In this document: in pieces, positions 32,848 through 41,470 of the stretch | Position numbering within the stretch: the stretch's first letter is position 1 | Layout of the letters: each line of letters starts with the position of its first letter | Source: Chthoniobacterales bacterium | GTDB lineage: Bacteria; Verrucomicrobiota; Verrucomicrobiia; Chthoniobacterales; UBA10450 | Reading direction: 5' to 3' | Length of the DNA: 64,000 nucleotides | Assembly: GCA_038198605.1 (NCBI GenBank) | Contig: JBBPZS010000125.1 | Location: forward strand, 19,362-83,361 | Translations under genes and position numbers: made by a program | The notes under the pieces: model-generated | Seen by the model: only the letters and a program-made list of their open reading frames with translations | Databases searched by the model: none | Told to the model about the DNA's origin: nothing

Positions 32848-34290
32848 CTAACGAGTGTCCTCGACCCAGCTCACAATCTTGTAGTTGTTGATCAGGCCGG
32901 TAAACGCGAGCGCTTCGTCGTAATGCAGGTTGGTCACGCCATTCATCCCCACCGTCTTGCCGACAACGGAACCGAAAACATGTCCGCTATTTCCGCCGCC
33001 GTTCACCGTCACGTCGTAGTCGGGGGCATAGACCGCCGCGGTGATCTGGCCGTTACCGCCGAGCGTCAAGCTATGGGTGGAACCATCGGTCGGCTGCACG
33101 CCATAAAGGAGGAGATCGGAAGGCCGGTCGTTCGGATTGAGCATCCCTTTGCCGGCAATGGTTACGTCGCCTTTGAAATAGATCTTGGCCTGGACACCGT
33201 TGCCCAAAATGATCTGGGAACTGCCGGTGACGGAGATGTCGCCGGCCACGTAAATCTCGATAAAGGTGGGACTCCCATTCGGGTCGCCAGCGATGGTGAG
33301 AGTCTGGGTCCCGCTGACGGAGATGCCGCTCAGGAGATAGCGCGACGAGGACGATCCGGCCGTGGCGCTGGCGTTTAGCGTGGTGGTGCCGCTGACCGTG
33401 GACGGGGTCGGGTTGATCGAGGGCCAAGTGGGCGCGCCGATCGGAATCGGCGCCTGATAGAAATCAGTGCGCTGCACGCCGGTTACATTGCTGACACCGG
33501 TGGCGGTGCCAGAATTGGTCGCGACATCGCCGTAAACGTAAGCACCGCCAGCCTGGATCAGGTTGCCGTTGGTCGCGATGTCGCCGTTCTGCTGGCGTTT
33601 CGCGACATCGTAGAGGCCGTTGGTGGATTTGGCCGCATCGCGTGAGTCGTAACTGTCAATCACGATATTTTGATTGTTTAAATTCAGCGTGCCGATGGAG
33701 AGAATCGCCTGTTGGAAAGAAGAGACCGGGGCGATGATTGCCTCCAGCCGGCGGGCGGTGTGCGGCTGGGTGGTTTCACTCGCAAAAAGCGTGTCGATGA
33801 CCCGCTGCCAGCGGAGAGTGAGTTTGCGCAGGCGATTGTCCTGCTTGTTGAATCCGACGCGGGGCGGACCGGTCAGCGGCAACCACCCGAGCGTGCGAAT
33901 CCGGTAGTATTGCCAGCCTGTGGCGGGATCGACCAGTTGAGCCGGCGCATCGACCGCGACCTCGATCGTCATCGGGGTGCCGGCAAGTCCGGCGTTGGGA
34001 ATAGTCGTTAGGCCGTGGCTGATGACGTTGTTGCCGGGCGCATTATCCCAGCCGCTCCAGGCGCCGTTTGGGGCCGGGTAAAGCGATTTGCGCAGTTCCA
34101 CGATCGCCAGATCGATCCCGGACTCGGCGGCGATGAGGGATTCCTGCCAACTCGCCACCTGCAGGCCGAGTTGGAATCTTCCCGAAACCGCCCGCAGCAC
34201 TTCGGTCGCAAGGATCGAGAGTACCGCCATGATGACGACGGTCCACAAAATGACCCCGCCGCTGACGGAAGATTTGGCGGAACGGCGCAT
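32848..34290 (-). CDS. large PilX/GspK-like minor pseudopilin
   Basis: N-terminal hydrophobic helix without a cleavage motif, then a long Thr/Gly/Asn-rich beta-type region. Its start overlaps the stop of the upstream pseudopilin gene. Confidence 0.5.
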   Translation of the reverse strand: MRRSAKSSVSGGVILWTVVIMAVLSILATEVLRAVSGRFQLGLQVASWQESLIAAESGIDLAIVELRKSLYPAPNGAWSGWDNAPGNNVISHGLTTIPNAGLAGTPMTIEVAVDAPAQLVDPATGWQYYRIRTLGWLPLTGPPRVGFNKQDNRLRKLTLRWQRVIDTLFASETTQPHTARRLEAIIAPVSSFQQAILSIGTLNLNNQNIVIDSYDSRDAAKSTNGLYDVAKRQQNGDIATNGNLIQAGGAYVYGDVATNSGTATGVSNVTGVQRTDFYQAPIPIGAPTWPSINPTPSTVSGTTTLNASATAGSSSSRYLLSGISVSGTQTLTIAGDPNGSPTFIEIYVAGDISVTGSSQIILGNGVQAKIYFKGDVTIAGKGMLNPNDRPSDLLLYGVQPTDGSTHSLTLGGNGQITAAVYAPDYDVTVNGGGNSGHVFGSVVGKTVGMNGVTNLHYDEALAFTGLINNYKIVSWVEDTR

Positions 34291-34901
34291 TAGTAGACTC
34301 CGCTCCCCAGGTCGGAGCGCGTGTTGCGCAGCAGAGTGGTGTTGTAAACCGCGCTCCCCGTTTTGGTCGTGGCGATTCCCAGATTCGCGGCGTTCGAGCC
34401 GGCTGAGGTATAGATGGTGTTAAAGGTGATCCGTGTGGCGACGACTTTCCCGGAGTCAGTCACGTCGAAAAGGAAGTCGCGCACGTTTTCCGCGATCCCC
34501 ACGGCCGGAGCGGCGCCTTGCTGGCGGAAGATCGTATTACCGACCAAAAAATAGTGCACCGTGACCGAACTCCCAGCACCGCCATAAATAACGCCGCCGT
34601 TCCCATCTAGCGTGGGCAACTGCGGGACGCCATTGGCATCGTAATAAGAAGGGATGGTGATGGTGGTGTTATTTTGGGCCGCCTGCACGGTAAGAGCTCG
34701 ACGCAGGTCGAGCGCGAGATAGTCGGAAATTCGAATCGCGTCCGCGTGATTGGTGGCGAAATCGGTCGTCGCGGCAAAGTTCCGCTCCAGGCTCACGAAA
34801 CCCATCAGAAGTCCCATGCTGATCGCGCTGAAGATGACGATCGAAATCATCATCTCGGTCAGCATAAATCCTCCTGAGCCTCTGGCGGCGTCGACCTTCA
34901 T
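34290..34901 (-). CDS. prepilin-type N-terminal cleavage/methylation domain protein (pseudopilin)
   Basis: GGFMLTEMMISIVIF prepilin-like N-terminus. Translationally coupled in the operon. Confidence 0.6.
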   Translation of the reverse strand: MKVDAARGSGGFMLTEMMISIVIFSAISMGLLMGFVSLERNFAATTDFATNHADAIRISDYLALDLRRALTVQAAQNNTTITIPSYYDANGVPQLPTLDGNGGVIYGGAGSSVTVHYFLVGNTIFRQQGAAPAVGIAENVRDFLFDVTDSGKVVATRITFNTIYTSAGSNAANLGIATTKTGSAVYNTTLLRNTRSDLGSGVY

Positions 34902-35401
34902 TTGGCCACCCCTCCTTTGGCCAAAATGGCGACGATCTGCCGGCTGCTCGGGTGGTTGTTAGGCGCACCGGTAAAAGCGGCCGTCCAGATGATTTTGACC
35001 GCGTTCTCAGTCAAGAGCGACGCGTTCTGATTAACGATCGTCGCCTGTCCGTTGGAACGAGTGAGCTGGGTATTACCGACGCTGCTGCTGCCATAAGGAA
35101 CAAGGGTGACCGTTTCGGTGAGATTCTTGAGTTGTTCGCTGCCTGGGACGTCCGTGTTGAGCAAATTATCGCGCAGCCAGACTGCATCCGTCACCTCGTG
35201 CCAATTTGCGATGCGCATGGACTCCATCCGCTGCTGCAACGCCTGGCTGGCGGCGGTCGATTCCTTCGCCGCGCGAATCGTCTCCATCGAGGAAAGATTC
35301 ATGGCAAAAAGCGACGACAGAAAAAGCGCCGAGATGGCGGCTGCCACCACTGCCTCGAGCAAGGTAAAACCAGCGCGGCGGTTGGAAGCTCCGAACTTCA
35401 T
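34898..35401 (-). CDS. prepilin-type N-terminal cleavage/methylation domain protein (pseudopilin)
   Basis: RAGFTLLEAVVAAAI is the canonical G/FTLxE prepilin motif. Confidence 0.7.
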   Translation of the reverse strand: MKFGASNRRAGFTLLEAVVAAAISALFLSSLFAMNLSSMETIRAAKESTAASQALQQRMESMRIANWHEVTDAVWLRDNLLNTDVPGSEQLKNLTETVTLVPYGSSSVGNTQLTRSNGQATIVNQNASLLTENAVKIIWTAAFTGAPNNHPSSRQIVAILAKGGVAK

Positions 35402-35545
35402 CGGCTTCCTTAGAAGCAGGAACTACACCTGGGCGTTATAATTTCCATAATCCCCCGGGGTTCGGTTTCCCTCTCGGTCACTATGGACGCAGATCCTGCG
35501 ACTGCGACGCAGGAGCGGACCCAGTTTTCTTCAAACGGGAGATCC

Positions 35546-36439
35546 CTAGACCGAGTTCGGATCGGTGCTGGCGATCAGCATTGTTCCGGCTTCATCGGCA
35601 GCCACGTCATCGGTGCTTTTCTGCGCCGGCGTCGGCTCGGGCCAGACGACGTTCCAGGCGAGATGAAGTTTTTCCAGCGTCCAGATGGTATAACGGGTCA
35701 GATCGAATTCCCACCACTTCAGCCCGTGGGCCGCGCAGCGCGGCTTGGCGTGGTGGTTGTTGTGGTAACCTTCGCCGAGCGCGCCGAGACCGACCCAGAA
35801 ATTGTTTTTGCTTTCGTCCGAGGTCTCAAAGCTGCGGTAACCGAACTGCTTCATGTGGCAGATCGAGTTCACCGCCCAGGTGCAATTGTAGACGAACAAC
35901 ATCGGGACGTAGAGACACCAGAGGATGCCGGCAAGTCCGAGCGTCGCGTAAAGAGTGCCGGCGACGATGAGATGCGGGATGACGTAGAGCGCGGAATTCT
36001 CCCACAATTTGCAATACCAAATCTTCCGCACATCGGCCGCATAACGGAGCGAGCGCTCGCGGAACGAGGGCGGCTTGCGAATCAGCCACATCATGTGGGC
36101 GTAGGGGAAACCGTGGCGCGGGCTGTGAATGTCTTCTTCGGTATCGGATTTGAGGTGGTGATAACGATGGTCGCCGACCCAGGTGACGGGGTCGCCCGAG
36201 AGCCCGATGGCGGAGCCGGTAGCGAAGATAAATTTCAACCAGCCCGGCATCTCAAACCCGCGATGGGTAAGATAACGATGGAGATAAAGCGTGGTTCCGA
36301 GGCCGATCCACAGATAAACGCCGATCATGATCGGCAGATAGAAAAGTTGAAACCGGGTCCAGACCGCGGCGACTCCGAGAGCCTGCAGCACGACGAGGAT
36401 CGTGAAAATAGCGATATTGAATTTTTCGTTCTTGAACAT
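35546..36439 (-). CDS. acyl-CoA/acyl-lipid fatty acid desaturase (delta-9 type)
   Basis: Three histidine boxes: HRYLTHRGF, GDHRYHHLKSD, and GEGYHNNHHA. Start taken at MFKNEKF. Confidence 0.85.
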   Translation of the reverse strand: MFKNEKFNIAIFTILVVLQALGVAAVWTRFQLFYLPIMIGVYLWIGLGTTLYLHRYLTHRGFEMPGWLKFIFATGSAIGLSGDPVTWVGDHRYHHLKSDTEEDIHSPRHGFPYAHMMWLIRKPPSFRERSLRYAADVRKIWYCKLWENSALYVIPHLIVAGTLYATLGLAGILWCLYVPMLFVYNCTWAVNSICHMKQFGYRSFETSDESKNNFWVGLGALGEGYHNNHHAKPRCAAHGLKWWEFDLTRYTIWTLEKLHLAWNVVWPEPTPAQKSTDDVAADEAGTMLIASTDPNSV

Positions 36440-36664
36440 AACGGAAGAGAGCGGGGGGAGTCCGCCTGAGAAAGAGGCCAGAGTGTCGCTGTGAAGGGAG
36501 GCGAAGGCAAGCGCTTTTGGCTGTAAGAAACGCGCCGCTACGGTCGTGGTCGCAACGGTTTTCCGCGTCACTCACGACTGCGGTGTGCGGCCAAGGCGCG
36601 GATATGTTCAGGAAAGTTCGCATGCGCAAGCTGGGTTCACGTGGTATAAGGGCAGCGCACTGTC

Positions 36665-36738
36665 CGGGGTGTAGCTTAGCTTGGTAGAGCGCCTGGTTTG
36701 GGACCAGGAGGTCGCAGGTTCGAATCCTGTCACCCCGA
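36665..36738 (+). tRNA. tRNA-Pro (anticodon TGG)
   Basis: Hand-folded cloverleaf: acceptor cggggtg/caccccg, anticodon stem cctgg/ccagg with loop tttggga, and T-loop ttcgaat. CCA is not encoded. Confidence 0.85.
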
Positions 36739-36806
36739 TTTCTCCTCTAAGTATTCGTGATTTGCTCTCCAGGAACCAACACGACCGAGCGGTCGCCGCG
36801 GCGACA

Positions 36807-36834
36807 GGTCGCAGGTTCGAACCTGTCACCGCGA
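36807..36834 (+). other. near-identical duplicate of the 3' end of tRNA-Pro (att-like scar or tRNA minihelix)
   Basis: ggtcgcaggttcgaacctgtcaccgcga versus tRNA positions 36710-36738 (one deletion, one substitution). Confidence 0.6.
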
Positions 36835-36943
36835 TGCCGCCTCGCGCCGCACGAGTGCTCTCCTCTGTCGCTGGTGGGAATGAATTTGCCTCCTGGCCAG
36901 CCGCCACCGTATCGTCCCGGCGCAGCGACTACCTTGTGATTAA

Positions 36944-37591
36944 GTGACGACCATTCCTTTTCGTATTCTCCTCGCCGCGCTCGGAGGTTGCGCGCTGACA
37001 TCGTTCGCTCAATCGCCCGCCCCGAGCGACACCTCCGTCCAGGCGACCAATACCGAAACCGCCGCTTCGGCCGCCGCCCCCTCCCCTTCAGTCACTGAGT
37101 CGGTCGAGCCGCCTTCCCTGATTCCGCCGAATATTTTGCCCGCACCCGAGTCGCTTCCGAAAACTCCCGCGGCACCCGAGATCGAATTGTTAAAGTCGTA
37201 TTTTAAAACGACCTCACTCGGCAAGGCGGCCGACGAACACCGGCTCCATGTCGAGATGGTGGCGCTGGAAGCCGGCATTCGAAACGACGAAGATCTGCGC
37301 GCGATGAAGGCCCTGGCCATGCAGGCGCCGACCGATCTCGAGCGCCGCCATCGGCTGAAGGAGTACTACGGACGTTATTTCGGAAAGCTGCGCGCCCTCG
37401 CCACGACTTCAGATTTAAAAGAATATCTCGACGCGCAGGAAGCGACTCGCAAATTGGCCCTCCTCCAGCCGCGGGTGCGGCATGAGACCGATGAAGCCGA
37501 GGCCGCCGCCCTCGCGAAGGCGAGTCAAGGCGCGGTCACGGCGCTGCCCACGCCGGTCCAGGCGAGAGCCGGCCAGGTGGTGAGTCCCTGA
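36944..37591 (+). CDS. hypothetical secreted protein
   Basis: Non-ATG start; signal-peptide-like N-terminus (ILLAALGGCALTSFAQS). No recognisable domain. Confidence 0.45.
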   Translation: MTTIPFRILLAALGGCALTSFAQSPAPSDTSVQATNTETAASAAAPSPSVTESVEPPSLIPPNILPAPESLPKTPAAPEIELLKSYFKTTSLGKAADEHRLHVEMVALEAGIRNDEDLRAMKALAMQAPTDLERRHRLKEYYGRYFGKLRALATTSDLKEYLDAQEATRKLALLQPRVRHETDEAEAAALAKASQGAVTALPTPVQARAGQVVSP

Positions 37592-37659
37592 TTGCCGTCG
37601 GGCGGAGAATCGGCCGGTTGCCGCCTCGCCGGAGCGCAGCTAAAATGGGCGGCACCAAC

Positions 37660-37734
37660 GGCGCGTTCGTCTAGTGGTTAGGACACAGCCCTCTCAAGGC
37701 TGGTGCACGGGTTCGATCCCCGTACGCGCTGCCA
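37660..37734 (+). tRNA. tRNA-Glu (anticodon CTC), CCA encoded
   Basis: Hand-folded: D-arm gtctagtggttaggac, anticodon stem cagcc/ggctg with loop ctctcaa, T-arm acggg-ttcgatc-cccgt, and 3' gcca. Confidence 0.8.
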
Positions 37735-37811
37735 CTTCTCTTCATAGGTAAAGACGCGCGAATCCGCGATTTTTCTTGCAAAAGTCGGGCAGAAGTCGGA
37801 CAAGTGACCCC

Positions 37812-39098
37812 ATGAACACGAAACAGCCACAGTTCCCGATTCTCGTTAAAGTCGGCTCCTGTACGGTCAAAATCTATTGTGACCCCAAACCGCAGGGCAC
37901 GTATTACCGGGTCGTCTATTACCTCGGCGGGAAACGCCACCGAATTCATTGCCGCGATCTTGATACGGCGACCGAGGAAGCGTCAAAGAAGGCGAAGTTG
38001 CTGTCGCAAGGCGAGGTGGACGTGTTGCAGCTTACCGGACGCGACCGCCTCATTTACGGGACCGCGCTCGAAGCGGTGAAAAAATCTGGCGTCCGGCTGG
38101 ACGCTGCCGCGCTCGAGTACAGCGAGGCGCGGGACCTTCTCAATGGCGTGCCGTTGGTGGACGCGGCCCGATTCTACGCCCGTCATCATGCGCGTGGTCT
38201 CAAGCAAAAGGAGATCGCTGAGGCGGTGGCCGAAATGATCGCGGAGAAGAATTCGGCTGGCTTGAGCGCCCGCTACCTCGAAGACCTGCGCTATCGGCTT
38301 GGGACTTTCGCGGCTCGCTTCCACTGCAACCTTGCGTCGCTGACAGCCGATGATGTGCGGGAATTTGTCGCGGACCTGAGAAAGGGAACTTCGGCCATGA
38401 AGCAGAGCGTCCGCAGTCACAACAATTTCGTCGGTGCGCTGAAAACCTTTTTCGCTTTCGCGCAAGATCGAAGCTGGCTTGCAAAGGAAACCGACCTGCT
38501 GGCGAGCACGAAGAGGCGCAAAGAAAAAGCGACGCCGGTCGAAATCTTCACGCCAGCGGAAATGCGTTCGCTCTTGGCAGAGGCGACGCCGGAAATGGCC
38601 GTGTGCCTGGCATTGGGTGGATTTGCCGGGCTTCGATCGGAAGAGATTCTGCGCCTCGAATGGGCCGACTTGGAACGTTCGCCGGGCTTCGTTGTCGTCG
38701 GGGCTGACAAGGCCAAGACCGCGACGCGCCGCCTTGTGCCGATCTCCGACAATCTTTCGCGCTGGCTAGCCGTAGTGCCTCAAGGCAAGGGGCGCATCTG
38801 GAAAGACACGAAGGCAATGTTTTTCAAAATGCGTCTGGCCGTCGCGTCCGAAGCCCGGGTTAAGTGGAAACAGAATGCGCTGCGGCATTCGTGGATCAGC
38901 TACAGACTCGCCGAGATTCAAAACGTCAACCAAATCGCGTTGGAAGCAGGCAACTCGCCGCAGATGATCTTCCGGCACTACCGGGAGTTGGCGACACCCG
39001 CACAAGCGAAAAGCTGGTTCACGATCGCGCCTAACGAAGCGAAGAACGTCGTGCCGATGCGTCACGGCCTAGCGCAATCTTTCGCGATTCCGTGTTGA
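37812..39098 (+). CDS. tyrosine-type site-specific integrase
   Basis: C-terminal catalytic region (GLRSEEILRLEW ... ALRHSWISY ... FRHY) and N-terminal SAM-like domain. Adjacent to a tRNA. Confidence 0.9.
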   Translation: MNTKQPQFPILVKVGSCTVKIYCDPKPQGTYYRVVYYLGGKRHRIHCRDLDTATEEASKKAKLLSQGEVDVLQLTGRDRLIYGTALEAVKKSGVRLDAAALEYSEARDLLNGVPLVDAARFYARHHARGLKQKEIAEAVAEMIAEKNSAGLSARYLEDLRYRLGTFAARFHCNLASLTADDVREFVADLRKGTSAMKQSVRSHNNFVGALKTFFAFAQDRSWLAKETDLLASTKRRKEKATPVEIFTPAEMRSLLAEATPEMAVCLALGGFAGLRSEEILRLEWADLERSPGFVVVGADKAKTATRRLVPISDNLSRWLAVVPQGKGRIWKDTKAMFFKMRLAVASEARVKWKQNALRHSWISYRLAEIQNVNQIALEAGNSPQMIFRHYRELATPAQAKSWFTIAPNEAKNVVPMRHGLAQSFAIPC

Positions 39099-39225
39099 CA
39101 TAGCTCTCGGCACGCCGATAATTCCCTTAGAAAACACGAGAAAGGGATAGCAGTCCGCTCGTGTTTTTTCGTTTGTACGGAAGCACGGACGGCCCGCTGT
39201 TCCTGACTCATAACCTGAGGAACAG

Positions 39226-39435
39226 ATGATGGAAAAACTTGCTGCTTCGATGAATGCCGACGACGCCGATCGGCTGCTGGATAAACACGGCCTCGCCGAG
39301 CGGTTGAGCGTCTCAACCAGAACGGTCGATTGCTACATGCGTGCCGGCCGCCTGCCCTTTTTGAAGATCGGCAAAACCGTCCGCTTTAGATGGGCGGACG
39401 TGATGGAAAAACTGAGCGACTGCCGCGTGAACTGA
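39226..39435 (+). CDS. excisionase-family helix-turn-helix DNA-binding protein
   Basis: LAERLSVSTRTVDCYMRAGRLPFLKIGKTVRFRWADV is a typical MerR-type excisionase HTH. Confidence 0.8.
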   Translation: MMEKLAASMNADDADRLLDKHGLAERLSVSTRTVDCYMRAGRLPFLKIGKTVRFRWADVMEKLSDCRVN

Positions 39436-39499
39436 GGGAAAGAAAATCGCCGATGCGACTCGCGAAAATCTGCATCGGCGAAAATTCAACAATTACCGG

Positions 39500-40291
39500 A
39501 TGGATGCTAACTCCGATGCCGAACCAGAGCAACTGCCGACACAAAGCACCACCGGCTACAAGCTAATGAGCAACCTGCGCGATCGCTGCAAGCAGCCTTA
39601 CCCCGAAAAATGCTTTTTGTTCACGTTGGGAACATACTGCGACCGCGACGGCACCTGCTACGCGAGCAGCGAAACGTTGGCGGAAAAGATGGGTGTAAGC
39701 CCGAGCACGTCCAAGAGGATGCTGCGGAAACTCATTGCAGATGGAGAGGTAGAGATTCTCGAACCCGGAGTTGGGCGCAGCAAGAAGCGCGTTCTTAGAC
39801 TTACCCGCTATCTCGACTTCGTGCCGAGAAAGAGCGCGTCGGAGGACGAAAACAGGTCATGCTCTCGGAGCAAGGTGACCTGTGAAAACGGGTCACGCTC
39901 TTGGGGTAACGTGGCCCCTAACAGCCATTCTGAACAGCCAGAGGGTGCTCCGGCTTTCTTGAAAGCCTCCACACCCAAGGGTTCTGCTCGAACCCGTTTG
40001 AGGAAATCTTTTTCGCCAAGACTCCCGTATCCGAAGACCGAGGCGGCGCTTTACGCGAAGCTGGACGAGTTGGGCATCGAAAGTGACCCCACCTACGACG
40101 GCAATTTCTTTGAGCAGATGCAGCGGTCCGGTTGGACGATTCGCGGCAAGCCGATTCTCGACTGGCCAAAGGCTTACGCGGCGCGGCTCAAGAAAAGCCA
40201 GCCGCAGGACTTCCCGGCGAAACAGACCGCAGCGCAGCGGATGGCAGCGAAGCGTTCGGGCGAGTACGAGGAAGATTACTCTGATCTTTAA
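39500..40291 (+). CDS. winged-helix DNA-binding protein (possible replication/regulatory protein of the element)
   Basis: SETLAEKMGVSPSTSKRMLRKLIADGEVEI is a wHTH-like segment. The rest is unassigned. Confidence 0.5.
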   Translation: MDANSDAEPEQLPTQSTTGYKLMSNLRDRCKQPYPEKCFLFTLGTYCDRDGTCYASSETLAEKMGVSPSTSKRMLRKLIADGEVEILEPGVGRSKKRVLRLTRYLDFVPRKSASEDENRSCSRSKVTCENGSRSWGNVAPNSHSEQPEGAPAFLKASTPKGSARTRLRKSFSPRLPYPKTEAALYAKLDELGIESDPTYDGNFFEQMQRSGWTIRGKPILDWPKAYAARLKKSQPQDFPAKQTAAQRMAAKRSGEYEEDYSDL

Positions 40292-40385
40292 GCCCGAGAA
40301 AACTTTGACCAATTTCTACTTTAACGAGTCTTTCCCCAGAAGCAGAAACCGAAACCACAACCAACCAAACCGGAGAAACTAACCA

Positions 40386-41273
40386 ATGAAAACTGACAGA
40401 CCCATCGGCTCGCAGGACCTGACCTCGTACGAGCATCAATCGAAGCAGCTATTCCCCAAGGCGCGGGCCGGCGTCGAGTTTAACAGAAGTGACCAACTCG
40501 ACGACGTTTCACGCCGGGGCGGCGTCGGCCTCTTCCGTTCGCTCAGCGACCTGAGCGGCCGGGAAAATATCGGAATCGCGGACTTGGAAGCGCTGCTCAC
40601 GAGGATCGCCGAAACCGTGCCGGATAGCTGGCCGTATAACGATCGCTCAATGGGCCTCGTGCAGAGTTGGAAGGTCTCGGCCCAAAAGGCTCCTGTCACG
40701 CCAAACGCAGATAGATGGAAAAGTCCTGTCGATGCTAGTCCTCTTGGCTCCCCATGGGCTGAAGGCCAAATCGACCGTGTAGGGCAGGCAGTTCTCATCG
40801 CATCCGACCCAAAACTTGCCGAATTGTATATGGACCTTGCGAAACGATCGCCCTTCGAAATCGTGCGCGAGCGGGAAGAGCGCGAAGCGGTGCGGAAGAA
40901 ATTGCTCTCGATTTCTTACGACACAAAAAATCATGGGAATAATCCTTGGGCGCTTGGTCGCGAAGACCACGAGGCACAAGCAGCGTTCGTTGCTGAATAC
41001 GGCTCAGTCGAGGCGGGCGTGTGGCGCGAAGAGGGTCGGCAAAAAGTGCGCCTCCCGTGGTCGTCGAATGTCGATTCTCAGAACCGGACCATCAACGGCA
41101 ACCTCGCCGCTGGCTTCGATCGGGTGCCTTTTCTCGGCTGCGATGGCGAACTTTTCCGCCGGGCCGCTGGAATCGATTCCGCTCTGGCGAAGGCGCTGCA
41201 TGATGCCGCAGCTGATCGCGCCGCCCGTGCTTCCGAGGAAGCCCAACGCCTCGCACTCGCTGCCCGTCGCTGA
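40386..41273 (+). CDS. hypothetical protein of the element
   Basis: 295-aa ORF in the same direction with tight spacing. No domain recognised. Confidence 0.45.
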   Translation: MKTDRPIGSQDLTSYEHQSKQLFPKARAGVEFNRSDQLDDVSRRGGVGLFRSLSDLSGRENIGIADLEALLTRIAETVPDSWPYNDRSMGLVQSWKVSAQKAPVTPNADRWKSPVDASPLGSPWAEGQIDRVGQAVLIASDPKLAELYMDLAKRSPFEIVREREEREAVRKKLLSISYDTKNHGNNPWALGREDHEAQAAFVAEYGSVEAGVWREEGRQKVRLPWSSNVDSQNRTINGNLAAGFDRVPFLGCDGELFRRAAGIDSALAKALHDAAADRAARASEEAQRLALAARR

Positions 41274-41470
41274 TGGACCAAAGACGCCTAACGATCGCCC
41301 GGAACCGTCGGATCGCGCTCTGGCGTGCGCGATTCATCAAGAGCCTGCGCGCCTGCCCGAATATCCGGGCAGCGTGCAAGGCCGCGAACGTGTCGCCGCA
41401 AACTGTTTACCGCACAAAGCGAGACGACCCCGCTTTCGCGGCGCAGTGGCAGGATGGTAGAGAGGATTGA
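41273..41470 (+). CDS. small HTH protein resembling phage terminase small-subunit N-termini, probably 3'-truncated
   Basis: ACPNIRAACKAANVSPQTVYRTKRDDPAFAAQW. The ORF ends a few codons after the junction with the carbamoyltransferase. Confidence 0.4.
   Translation: MDQRRLTIARNRRIALWRARFIKSLRACPNIRAACKAANVSPQTVYRTKRDDPAFAAQWQDGRED

Larger units (their letters stand above)
37735..41455 (+). mobile_element. integrative element remnant at tRNA-Glu (integrase, excisionase, wHTH, unknown, terS-like HTH)
   Basis: Starts immediately 3' of tRNA-Glu. The right end is a junction near 41450-41460 that truncates two genes. I found no direct repeat of the tRNA 3' end. Confidence 0.55.

Noticed and set aside
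35483-36469. 328-aa plus-strand ORF opposite the desaturase gene.
   Set aside because: It is antisense to a gene with all three histidine boxes and has no motifs of its own.
37735-41470. A search for a direct repeat of the tRNA-Glu 3' end to define attR of the island.
   Set aside because: No convincing copy was seen by eye in the window, so the right boundary is inferred only from the gene-truncation junction.
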